In this document: positions 40,939 through 51,967 of the stretch, piece after piece
Numbering within the stretch: position 1 is the first letter of the stretch
How the letters are laid out: each line of letters opens with the position of its first letter
Source: Macrostomum hystrix
Taxonomy: Eukaryota; Animalia; Platyhelminthes
DNA length: 64,000 bases
Direction: 5' to 3'
Assembly: GCA_950097015.1 (NCBI GenBank)
Contig: CATNEN010000041.1
Location: forward strand, 868,001-932,000
Made by a program: the position numbers and the translations under genes
Notes under the pieces: model-generated
Told to the model about the DNA's origin: nothing
Seen by the model: the letters and a program-made list of their open reading frames with translations, nothing else
Database searches by the model: none

Positions 40939-41841
40939 GTTTTAAGAATCTCAGAAACGACTGCCAGGGCTTTGGCTTTCTAGTGACTTCGAGTGACATC
41001 GTCGTCTGCCACGTCTTCAGTGCGGCAAGATGTTTCAACTTAGAATATATATTTCTTATTATAAGAGAAAAGCTGTAAAAATGTAAAATATGATACTGAG
41101 TAGAGAAAATTCTCAGCAACAACCTGGAAAGTTTTGTCGATAGACAACAAACTGATCTACGTGAATTATGACTTAGGAACCATTTAAAAAGCAGTTACAT
41201 TATGACCACAACTAACTCAAACGGAAACTATATCGACATTTCGAGCTAAGCCAGGTAGAATAAAATAAATGAATATATAAATTCATGTAAATCTGAAAAA
41301 TATGTTCCCACTACTAGCTAACCAAGCCTGAAGATTAGATTCTATGTTTAAACGTTTAAATAATTCTTAGCGACGACACTTCACCGTGCAATAATTTTGC
41401 TAATGATACTTATTATTGTCTGTTTGTTCTTGTAAGCTATTTAAATAAAGTGAAAATTGCCTCACATAACTAATGGATAATAGATAGAAAGCTATATCTG
41501 ACATGGTATTCACTTGCCAAAGCCATCCATTAAGTTCGATTTTTCGCAAATCGCGATCCCTTCCAAATAAACGATTCGAGAAAAGTGACTTCTCAAAAGG
41601 TATAAAATTGTTTAACAAAAAAATGTTGTTGATTCTATTGAAAGTAGCTCAATATGTAAGTGTGTTCATATTTTTTTCCTCTTGATGAGATTGATCCGGC
41701 CAAAATCTTTGCTGTTTCGTTCGAAGAGGTCCAGTTTTATTTCGAATAGGTCCAGTTTTTATCATATACGCATTATACGCATATCCACTATTCATTCTAT
41801 ACCAAAACTTCCTTCTGCATTTTCACACCATTCAAATCGCC

Positions 41842-42480
41842 ATGTCAGATCCCGCTCCCGCTCCTGCCGCCGCTGCCAAGGCTGCGCCCAAGGCGAAGGC
41901 CAAGAAGCCGTCAAAGCCAAAGGCTCCAGCAGCACATCCGCCTACCCTGCAAATGGTGAAGGCTGCCATCCGTGCCAGCAAGGATCGTAAGGGTACATCC
42001 TTGGCTACTATCAAGAAGTACATCGCCGCCAACTACAAAGTCGACATCAACAAAATGGGACCGTACATCCGCAAGGCGGTGAAGAGTGCATCCGACAAAG
42101 GCGTGCTGGTGAGGGTAGGCAACAAGGGCCACGGCGCCTCTGGTAGCTTCAAGCTGGCCAGCAAAAAGGACGATGCTGAGAAGCCCACTAATCCGAAGGT
42201 CAAGAAGCCTGTCGCTAAGAAGCCGAAGGCACCGAAGTCTCCATCCGCTAAGAAGCCGAAGGCCAAGAAGCCTGCTTCTGCCAAAAAGGCTGCTGCTAAG
42301 CCTAAGTCACCCAAGAAGCCGAAGGTGGCTAAAGAGGCGAAGCCAGCGAAAGCTGCCAAACCTGCCAAGCCCAAGACCCCGACGAAGCCGAAGGCTGCCA
42401 AGACTAAAAGCCCGGCTAAGCCAAAGGTTGCTAAGAAGCCGGCGGCCAAAAAAGCCGCGCCCAAGAAGGCAGCCAAGTAA
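41842..42480 (+). CDS. H1: Histone H1 (replication-dependent type), 212 aa
   Basis: Globular domain [12 protein letters not shown]...GASGSFKL; Lys/Ala/Pro-rich tail; intronless; followed by a stem-loop. Confidence 0.97.
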   Translation: MSDPAPAPAAAAKAAPKAKAKKPSKPKAPAAHPPTLQMVKAAIRASKDRKGTSLATIKKYIAANYKVDINKMGPYIRKAVKSASDKGVLVRVGNKGHGASGSFKLASKKDDAEKPTNPKVKKPVAKKPKAPKSPSAKKPKAKKPASAKKAAAKPKSPKKPKVAKEAKPAKAAKPAKPKTPTKPKAAKTKSPAKPKVAKKPAAKKAAPKKAAK

Positions 42481-42527
42481 GAGCCTAAAGGAGCTGAGCA
42501 TATAGCAGAAAGTTTGAACGCTAAAAC

Positions 42528-42543
42528 GGCCCTTTTCAGGGCC
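42528..42543 (+). terminator. Histone mRNA 3' stem-loop of H1
   Basis: GGCCCTTTTCAGGGCC followed by ACCACA, 47 nt after the stop codon. Confidence 0.95.
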
Positions 42544-43797
42544 ACCACACGCAAATGATTCTGCTTGTTTGTTATTCTTTACATTTATCAGACATAAGTA
42601 GCTAATATTATACAAAGCTTTAAGCTTGTACATGTACTTGATCATAGGACACTTTAAATGCATTTATACTGCTTGCATAAACGATAAATATATTGCTATT
42701 ATACTTAGTGCCCGTGCCGTAGGCCTACTATATCGCTTACGTGTAATTAAATTCAAACCTAAGGGCTGAAATTTACAATGCCCAGATAGTAGTTCGGGCC
42801 TTATAATCATACAAAAGCTTTTTACTAATAGTACCAACCCTCTACTGCTCGTTTCTTGGGTGCCTAGCTAGTAAGAAACTAAGTGACTAGCTAGTAAATA
42901 ATATTTGTTCTATTTGGACACCATGAAGCCTTCATGGAAAGTTTGTTGCCTTGTTTTCTGGATTAAGAATAAGTTGGAATATGAGGCCTATCTTAAATAT
43001 AATTTGCTATAGCCAAACCCACCAGATGTTGCTTGTAATTTAACAGAAGTAGAAGTAAAAACAAAACAATAATTACTATCGAAGAAATTAATACATGTGG
43101 CTGCGTTGAATGTACTGTGTTGAATGTGGCTGATTGAAATTTTCTGTGATTCAAACTTTTAATCGGCCCACAAGTGAGAAAATAGGTCCAACAAATATTG
43201 GGTCTTTTTCCAGCCAATGAGATTTTTACCGCAAAAAATAAATAAAGACCACCAGGCTGTGTCGCTACAGCATGTCAGCTTTGTGGTCTAAAATGACCGT
43301 CTATACAGATTTAAAAAATCTGGATTCGTCAAAATCTTGATTCTCATCAAAATCGTCAACTCATTGAAATCACCAGTCACAAATCACATTTCACCTTCAC
43401 CTAAGTCTCTTATTCGCTTTATGATTTTTATAATTCCCAGTGCTTTGTATACTCTCGATCCCCAAAAACACTGATTGAACTCCTATTCTACATATATATC
43501 TCGTATACTGTAGAATGCTACTGATTTCTCAGGTCGCACCAGAACATAATGTAGTGTTTACAAATGTAGGTATATATAACGTAAAATAATAACTTTTACA
43601 GGATGTATTATTATATTGTGTGGCCAAAAAATAAGTTTTATTATTAGCTAGCCCATTGGTTAGAGCTGCGGAGTTCAGATCGGAGTAGAAATGCAGGTGA
43701 GTCTATCTCGCCGAACTATGTTTAATTTGCATCTGAACCATCCATCCATACGCTCGTATCTTATATATGAAACCTAGTTACAAATTGGCCAATTTTT

Positions 43798-44515
43798 TTA
43801 CCACCAATAAAAATGACGACAGCCCAGACTGACTCCCAAACAAAGTGCAATCATGCTGCCTCGTTGCACATCTGCATTGCTGCCTGAACTACCGCACGCA
43901 CCGCGTCTGACTTGATCCGTGTACAACCTAATCATTCGAGCACCGTGAAAACGGATGCATTCTGCATCTCTGGGGTCGAAGGCGGTCACTGTCTTCAGGG
44001 GGCTGATCATCGCGTTAATTTTCCTGACTGCATCAGCAAGTTTGCCTGTTTGCTCCCGGTTAATTTGCCTGACCCAAGCTGTTGTGCATGAATTTTGTTA
44101 GATCGTCTTCTTTTACACCTGCGACCTGTGGTTGGCTTAAGAATTGTTGCATTGCAAGGTGCATCTTGAGACAGGCTTTTACGAGTTCTTCGAGCTGTAG
44201 GCCTAGGCTCTTGGCGTCAACCTTGCCAGTTATGTAGCATTCCCTTATTAAATTATTTAACTCCTGGTCGAGTGTGTTAGGCCGCTCTCTGAGCTTAATG
44301 GCCTTCAAGCAAAATTTTCGCGCTTCGTTTGCTAGCTCAACGAAGGACCTGCAGTCAGTTACTTTGAACTGCTCCTTAGACATCGCATCTGTTGCAACTT
44401 GCACCGCCTCGATTGAGTGCCAGAGTGATTCATTCTTAAGGTTCTTCAGAAACCTCAATGTACGGCAAATGGGTTTTATCTCTTTGGACTTCAGTTTCGA
44501 AATCAGCATTCCCAT
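43798..44515 (-). CDS. Unknown helical protein with N-myristoylation-like start; frame shifts near 44070
   Basis: 151-aa ORF MGMLISK...; a second frame continues as REQTGKLADAVRKINAMISPLKTV; no family recognised. Confidence 0.45.
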
Positions 44516-45001
44516 TCGAACTGCGATAAAAAAACTTCTGAGTGCGAAATATCACGGATATTTCGGAAATATATCACGGAAATATACGGATATATTACGA
44601 GCGTAGATTCGGGCAAAGCAGCAGCGTCACAGCATGTCTAGCATGTGCCGCAGTGGCCAATGTGCATGGTACAAATGTATAGTTTGCATGCTTTTATGAG
44701 GCCCTTAACTAAACTTTAAGGTTCTTATCGTTCGGCCGTTTAGGGTGTTAGAATGGAGCAGCCTTGCCTGCCGACTTTTTTGCAGGCTAAAGAAAAATCT
44801 TCAGTTTTTTAGTTTATTTTGCAGCAACCATTGGCAACTGAATCTTGCAATCTTGCATGCACCATGTTGTGTTTAGCAACAGCCTGGCAACCAACTATTG
44901 ATAACAGCATCTGTATTTAGACTCTGAGTATAGCCGCTCACGTCTTGTGCAAACAGTTTGAACTTAAATATTTTGTGGAGTTAATTATTTTTGGCGGAAT
45001 A

Positions 45002-47437
45002 ATGAAGTTTCACTTAACTTTTACAGCCTTGCTGTTAATCTTAGCAGCCACATCAAAGTGTCAAGCTTCTACTACGGAAGCTCCTACCACGGAAGCTCCT
45101 ACCACGGAAGCTCCTACCACGGAAGCTCCTACCACGGAAGCTCCTACCACGGAGGCTTCCACCACTGAGGCTCCTAGCACCGAGGCTTCAACCACTGAGG
45201 CTCCAACGGAGGCTCCGACCACGGACGGTCTAGGCACAGATGCTTCAACTACAGCTGAGCGTGCTACTGCAGAGACTCATTCTACCAACTCAGAAACTTC
45301 GATTGAACTAACTAAATTAACTGAAAAAACGACTGAAATAACTTCACCTGACGCCACGACTGAGTTGACAAAAGATCCACAGACGACAACTTTATCGACA
45401 CCGGATCGTACAACTCTTGGAGGTACCGACGGGTCGACTAATTCGCCTTCATCTACGGGGCCAACGTCACGAAGCCCAGACCATATCTCGACCACCGAAA
45501 GCCCATTAACAGTATCATCGTCTGCGTCAACGACAATTGACGGGCCAACGAGCACCCAGAGCTCGACCACAGAGAATCCAACAACGAGCTTGCCTCCAAC
45601 ACTTCAGCCTCCGGTCAGCTACTCGGTGATAACCGACTATGGTCGAATTAACGGTGTAACGTATTCAGTTAAAGTGAGTGCCTTTTCCGACGCTGCGTTC
45701 AATACAAAGAGAGTGAGCAGATTTCTCGGCATTCCGTATGCTCTGCCCCCAACGGGCAGCAGAAGGTTCAAGTCGCCCGTGAAGGTCCAAACCGGTACTG
45801 CAGAGGTGAACGCTACAGAGCACAAGCCGAACTGTCCTCAGCACGGACAGACGTACGACGAGGACTGCTTGTACTACAACTTGTGGACTGTTCAGACGGC
45901 AGAGAATGCCAACGCCTCGCTGAGGTATCCAGTTCTGGTGTGGATTCACGGTGGTCGCTTTGAGACTGGCTACAGCAGCGATCCGCTCAGGCAGGGCGAA
46001 GAGCTCGTGACCCACACTAATGTCGTTGTTGTCTCCTTCAACTACCGGCTGGGCGCCCTCGGATTCCTGACTCTGAACCGGACCACTTACACAGGAAACT
46101 ACGGAATCCAGGACCAGAGGGTAGCTCTGGAGGTCATCAATGGTGTGATTGATTCATTCGGTGGAAACCGGAGCCAAATTACTCTAATGGGACTTGACGC
46201 TGGTTCCGCTAGCATTGGTTTCCACATGATGAGCTCGAGCACCAGCGCACTGTTCAGCCGCGCAATCATGATGGGTGGGTCTCCAATGATGCCGTGGTCT
46301 CTGACAAACGACATTGAATATGTGCAACTGCTTAGTCTTTTGTTTATCAGTGGAGGTCTCAACTGCTCAATTAATGAACCGGCGTTGACTCAGTGCCTGC
46401 AGAGCGCCCCCATTGACCAACTGATCTCCATGCAGAGCAACTTTACTCGGTTTTTCCGGGGTTTGGAGTTTTTTCCAGTTGTCGATGGCACAACCATACC
46501 GCAGGACCCGTGGCATGCGTTTTCCACTGGAACCTTCCACAGCAAGGATCTGCTCATTGGCGCCACCAACGATGAGGGTGCGAACATCGCCGAGGACAGT
46601 CTGGAGGCGCTCAACGTCCCCATATTTGGCGTCAACGACTCCATGCTGATCAGCCTGATCGAGCGCTCCATCGCATTCTATCCCAGGGCGAGCCGCACCC
46701 TCAGCGTGGCTGGTCGACAGTTCCTGCGGCTCCACTACACCAGCTACACCGGAGCCAACGACGGCAAAGCGAACTTTGACACTCTGGGCAAGGCTATTGG
46801 GGACTGGTACCTGACCTGCCCTGTCATCCAGATGGCTCAATTTGCCGAGAAGGTCAACCGGAATGTGTTCCTTTATTACTTCACCGAGAAGGAGCTACTC
46901 CAGGACAAGTGGCAGGCCTCTCACGGTGTGGACGCGGACTACGCTTTCGGAGTTCCAACCCTGGACGTCGGCATCATCTACCCGGATGCCAATAAGAGGC
47001 TGAGTGAACGGATGATGGAGAATTTTGTTCAGTTCGCAGCAGAAGGCAGACCGACCGGCACCGACCTGTGGAAGCCGCTGAACAACACGGTCGGCAACGA
47101 GATGAACTACATCAACTACAACGCCGACGCTAGGATTCTGGGAAACTACCAACGCGGCTACCGAATGACGGAATGCCACTTCTGGAACAAAACACTCGCC
47201 TATGTAAACGGCCTGGAGGTTGAACGGCAGACAACAGCGGCTCCGCCAACAACCAGCAGTCGGCCCGATCCCGACCGGCCTGCTAACTGCGATGCGTGGA
47301 GCTTCAACAGCGCGACCGCGACCACCATGGGCATCCTGCTGGGTACCCAAGTGATCATGGCCGCAGCCCTCGGCTTCGTGATTTACAAGTGGAAGTCTCT
47401 GGCCAAGGTTGGTGGAGAGCCCATTCCAATGAACTGA
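45002..47437 (+). CDS. Type I membrane cholinesterase-like protein with N-terminal mucin domain, probably catalytically inactive; 811 aa, intronless
   Basis: Signal peptide; TTEAP repeats and Thr/Ser-rich region; type-B esterase motifs FLGIPYA, EDCLYYNLW, WIHGG, NYRLGALGF, GNYGIQDQ; GLDAG replaces GESAG; C-terminal TM helix. Confidence 0.9.
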   Translation: MKFHLTFTALLLILAATSKCQASTTEAPTTEAPTTEAPTTEAPTTEAPTTEASTTEAPSTEASTTEAPTEAPTTDGLGTDASTTAERATAETHSTNSETSIELTKLTEKTTEITSPDATTELTKDPQTTTLSTPDRTTLGGTDGSTNSPSSTGPTSRSPDHISTTESPLTVSSSASTTIDGPTSTQSSTTENPTTSLPPTLQPPVSYSVITDYGRINGVTYSVKVSAFSDAAFNTKRVSRFLGIPYALPPTGSRRFKSPVKVQTGTAEVNATEHKPNCPQHGQTYDEDCLYYNLWTVQTAENANASLRYPVLVWIHGGRFETGYSSDPLRQGEELVTHTNVVVVSFNYRLGALGFLTLNRTTYTGNYGIQDQRVALEVINGVIDSFGGNRSQITLMGLDAGSASIGFHMMSSSTSALFSRAIMMGGSPMMPWSLTNDIEYVQLLSLLFISGGLNCSINEPALTQCLQSAPIDQLISMQSNFTRFFRGLEFFPVVDGTTIPQDPWHAFSTGTFHSKDLLIGATNDEGANIAEDSLEALNVPIFGVNDSMLISLIERSIAFYPRASRTLSVAGRQFLRLHYTSYTGANDGKANFDTLGKAIGDWYLTCPVIQMAQFAEKVNRNVFLYYFTEKELLQDKWQASHGVDADYAFGVPTLDVGIIYPDANKRLSERMMENFVQFAAEGRPTGTDLWKPLNNTVGNEMNYINYNADARILGNYQRGYRMTECHFWNKTLAYVNGLEVERQTTAAPPTTSSRPDPDRPANCDAWSFNSATATTMGILLGTQVIMAAALGFVIYKWKSLAKVGGEPIPMN

Positions 47438-48013
47438 ATGCAGCCAGCGCCTCGAAGAGACTGCATCGAGCATGACGGATTGTTGTGACCTGCTACTCGC
47501 TAAATAAATGCAATACTCTCTGTCCGAGAATTTTACTCGCAATATGTTTATCAGAAAATAATACTTATTTATATAGCCGATTTTCCTTATTCTACTGGCT
47601 GTATGGGCTTGTCGATACGTCAGAAAAAAAGTTTTTTCTAAGCACTATATTTTTCTAACTTTCTCTTACTAATGACCTTTTAGAAGTCAGTATTTTATAC
47701 TAAATAAAATATATACGAACCACTGAAACCGAGTTTTTGGTTCCACGTAAAATTCCGTTTCTAGTTGGGGGCGAACGTAGTATTGAGCCGCGAGGCGCGA
47801 AGCGCCGAGCACCGAGGCCTCGGTAGAGGCCGAGGGGCGAAATCGGAGTGAGCCCCACCTAAGATCCAGCGTACGTAGTGAGATAGAAAACACCTCGAAA
47901 ATCACGCATTTTCAATGCATATTGGGCGCCATTTGAGACTGCCTCAACCGTTTGCCTCGCGGGTGGTGTCGTTGGGTAGGTAACTTATAGGGTTATCCGA
48001 TTTATGGCGGTTG

Positions 48014-48049
48014 GTTGCCATGGCAACCCGTGAGGGTTGCCATGGCAAC
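48014..48049. promoter_or_regulatory. Two tandem perfect RFX X-box palindromes
   Basis: GTTGCCATGGCAAC at 48014-48027 and 48036-48049. Confidence 0.5.
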
Positions 48050-49500
48050 GTAAAACTGCCATTTTTTTGGAAATCGATTTTACGCAAACTCATTTCCAGC
48101 GCACATTTTTTCTGGCACGGAGAAAAGTTGAGACACAAAAGTTGCGGGCAGGCCTGGCCCAGGCGAGGCAGGAAAGCGATTTTTCAATTTCCTCATAGTC
48201 TATGATAAAAGTGCAAAAAACATACTTTTAGGTACTGCTTTTTTGGGTTACATTTTCCAGCGCAGCTCCCCAAGGGCTAAATCGATTGTCACGCGGGTGG
48301 TGTCTTTTTTTTCTACTCGGTGAGTTCTTTCCAGCGAGGTGTGACTCAATGGACTGCGAGTGTACCGCGCGCCTGATATCTGATGAAGCAAGTGTAAAAT
48401 ATGGCGCAGCCAGATTTTACACTTGCGTGCTGCACGGTACTGCAGCTGAATGGCAGGTAGTTGCACTGCGCAAGTGGTGTCAAAAATTCGGCACGGATGC
48501 CTGCTACACGACGCTTTGCAAGGCGACTCTATGCAATGCACGGTTATCAAGCAGTACTGGGAAATGCAGTGCAAAACGTGCATTTTTGCCGTTTTCCTCG
48601 AAAATGCATGCCGACCTTGGTGGAGTCAAAAATTTTTTTTTCGAAGACAAACAGTCGGACAGCTTAGCCGCAAGCGATGTAGTATGCACAACATTAGGGC
48701 ACATGACATACTGAGTCGGCGTTGATAAAAGTACATCGCAAGTGTATTAAAAGTACATAATAGTGCACATACACTTTCGTGAAAAATTTGTATTTTTCTC
48801 CTTTCGACGCGCGCATTTCGCGAAATCCGGCTCCGAATTTGTCGAATGATGCGTCAATCTACTGGAAATATTGTTTTGCGTCTAACAAGATATTGCGCGC
48901 ACCTTTCGGCCCTACCCGGGCTGAGAAAGTCCACCCAGACTGGTGAAAGGTCGGGTTCGGGACCGGTGCAGACTTTGCTGTGCTCAAACCTACGGCTGGA
49001 GGCGAAAAGGGCGTAATACTCCTTGAGCTTGGTATTTAAAGATGCACATCCCATGTGGGTATATGGAAAAAATACTGCCGTCGATACACGTATTACCTGT
49101 TAGGATTAGTACCTGAAAATGTAATTATGCACAGCGTGTACATTGTGCATATTTGTGTGTACTTTTGTGTATAAGTCTGCGAATTCCTGATGGCTTTAAG
49201 CGCGGATGGCTTCAATCGACGCGGAATGTTGTCTACATTCCAACGACATCTCACACGGCTAGATTGGTTAACGTGTGTCGTGTCTGGATCCTATTGAGTA
49301 CATGAAGGTAAGGGGTACAAATTTTGGACACTATCATTTTTGAAGCATCCGTTATTTGCTATTGAAAGATTTTGCAAGTTCCGTTGATGATAAACAGTAT
49401 CTGTGGTAGTTAAACTTTTTTTGGTTGCTTGCCGTTTGGCAAACGGTTTTCATTTTGATGATTAAATCCTAAATGATTGCAACTTTTTTAGCTTCTTCAT

Positions 49501-51096
49501 TGATAAACCGACCGCCTTGCAGAAAATGCTTGCGTCGAGATTTTTGAATTGCTTTTATTAAAACAAGTGCATATTCAGTTTCTGCATTTTTTGTGCATCT
49601 AAATGCAGGAAGGAATGTAGCAGTCAGTAGAAATCACCTTATGTTGTATTTCCTTTTAGCGCGCACGTCTTTGTGTCGTTGAAACTTTTTATTTGAACAT
49701 TATCGCCTTTCAGGACGTGTTTTGACGCTTGTCACATCACACACGCGCAGGCCTTTGATTTGTCTGGGTTTTTTTACTTTTGCATGGATAATGTAATTGA
49801 TGTGCATTTAAATGTCGGTCTTCATTGTCGTGTTGATAATGTCGATTATACTCTTTTATTGACTCACTTCTTGCAGTATTCGAAAGTATATGCCATATGC
49901 ACAAAAAGTGCATTTATATTCTCTTACAAAGTCTTATTAATAATGTTCAATACGTAGGATGCCTTTTTATTGAATTAACACTATGTTACAGTCATCACAA
50001 ATTTTGTGCAAGTGATGACATCTTAGATATTTAAATTCAGGTCAAAAAGTCTGCTTCAAGCTGTGTAATATTTTCCCTATCTTTTCTATGCATTTATACT
50101 TAATTGCTTTTAATGTACTTGGCCAGTCATATGAATCATTATTCTCCTTTATAAATTTGCTCTAGCACATAATGGTGCTATTGTAAGATTAGTTTTAATC
50201 TAATTAAAAAAATGTCTTAGCCAGCCCTCAATAGGCCTAGTCAATTTAATTTTGCATTTAAATTGCATTTAATTGCTGCTTATATGCTGTGCATATAGCC
50301 TCCACTTTTCAAGTCATCGAATCGCTTTTTAATTGTGTAAATTTCGCTGATTGTATTCCAGTTGCATGCAGTAATTTGGAATTTCATTCAAGTTTAATAA
50401 ATGGCTGGCTTGTTTGTATTTCATATCGTACGTTCCCTTGTTGACATGTCAGTTGCATTCGTTTGCTTAGATTGCAATTAATACGAGTATGTTGCTGCTC
50501 CGTTTGCATTACATTTTTTGCATTAAATTGCTTTGATTGTACTTCAGTGGTTGAATCATTCCGTTGATTGCACTCTGTTTGTTGAATTGTTGCCTTGATT
50601 GCAGTCCAGTTGTTGCATTGTTTCGTCAATTGCAGTGTAGTGGTGTAACTTGAAATTGGCATAGTTTACTGCAGTTGTGTGTATGATTAGGGGCACAAGG
50701 CAGCCATATAGCTTCTAAATGCTTCCAAACGATTTTGACTCTTTTATTGAGCATTTTGTTCCTCTGTTTGAGCCGTTTTTCCGTCGACTTGCGATTTAAG
50801 GGGAAATATGCTTTACTATGCTGTTTATATCATATGCCACCTTTCTGTCTCTATTCACCCATAGTTCCTTCATTGGTTTTCGCGAATACATTTGTTCAAT
50901 TCGAGCCTAAAGGGAAAGGTTCAATTCAGAGAAAAATATTTTTCTTTTTATTGATAAAACGACCGCCTTGCAGAAAGTGCTTGCGTCGAGATTTTTGAAT
51001 AGCTTTTATTAAAACAAGTGCATATTCCGTTTGTGCATTTTTTGTGCATCTAAATGCAGGAAAGAATATAGCAGTGAGTAGAAATCCCTTTATGTT
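49501..51096. repeat. About 145-bp dispersed direct repeat (49501-49645 and 50952-51096)
   Basis: TGATAAA.CGACCGCCTTGCAGAAA...TTATGTT with scattered substitutions. Confidence 0.9.
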
Positions 51097-51967
51097 CGCC
51101 CCCACGTAAAAGACTGCAGTCTTCTTACTTACTAGTGAAAAAGGTAACAGTAGTGCATTGATGATTACCCCCGCCCCGCATTTTACCGACCAATGAGACA
51201 GATTTGTGAGAATCGATCACGGTGAAAAGCGTGCTGAAGTTGGTTAAACTGTGCTCAGACAGCTCGCAAAAATGGAGCACGGAACGCAAAAATCTTTTCC
51301 GCAGTGCGGGGCAGGGAGTCAGAGTAGCGAGTTGCTCCCCAACCGCCCCATCTACACCAGACCCAGTTCCTCCAGAGCACAAGTGACGGCTCCGCCCGCC
51401 TCGCCTATGCAGTGCTTAGCAGGGTGGCGGTTAAGAAGGCCGGGACGAGAACTGAGGGAGTGGAACAACTCGTACATGCGGAGTTGCTCACACACACGAC
51501 TCAAATTCAACCCTTACTTCCCTCTCTCTGGCGCACAAACACAGGGACCCCCGATGCACTGTCACAATGCAAGAGTTTGGGCTTTGAGGCCTGGTGGGAG
51601 AGGGATAGAAAGTATAGAGCACAGAGAGAACAGGAGGGCGAGAGAGTGGAGAGAGAGCAGTCACACACTCTCAAGAGTGAAATAGCTGAGTTCCTCTCTC
51701 TGATCAGCTTCTCCCCCAACCCAGAAAATCCGTGCGCCAACTTTGCACTCGGCTGCTGCTCGGGTTCTTGGTCTGGGCTGCAGTTGAGCACCTGCAACCT
51801 AGTCAAGGTAAGCCCTGATTGAAGCTCTGCACCCTTTCGAAGTTTCCTGTGCTTCAAAAGACCCGCTGCTCTTGCACTTTTCGAATCTCCTTTTTAAATC
51901 AATCTATCCGCTGGGGGATCTAAAGTAGACTAAAGAAGCATTTCCGTCCTTTCAGCAGGAAGTTCAC

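Larger units (their letters stand above)
47742..51111. mobile_element. Candidate non-autonomous element with 11-bp subterminal inverted repeats (Helentron/Helitron2-like)
   Basis: TGGGGGCGAAC (47766-47776) vs GTTCGCCCCCA (51094-51104); CCACGTAAAA next to both; hairpin GGCGCGAAGCGCC and palindrome ACCGAGGCCTCGGT near the left end; boundaries approximate. Confidence 0.35.

Noticed and set aside
43650-43720. A-box-like TAGCCCATTGGTTAGAGC as a tRNA or SINE head
   Set aside because: No B box or cloverleaf follows
48375-48420. CTGATGA and CTGACGA motifs (also 25675, 56371) as hammerhead ribozymes
   Set aside because: No stem II followed by GAAA and no closing stems found by eye
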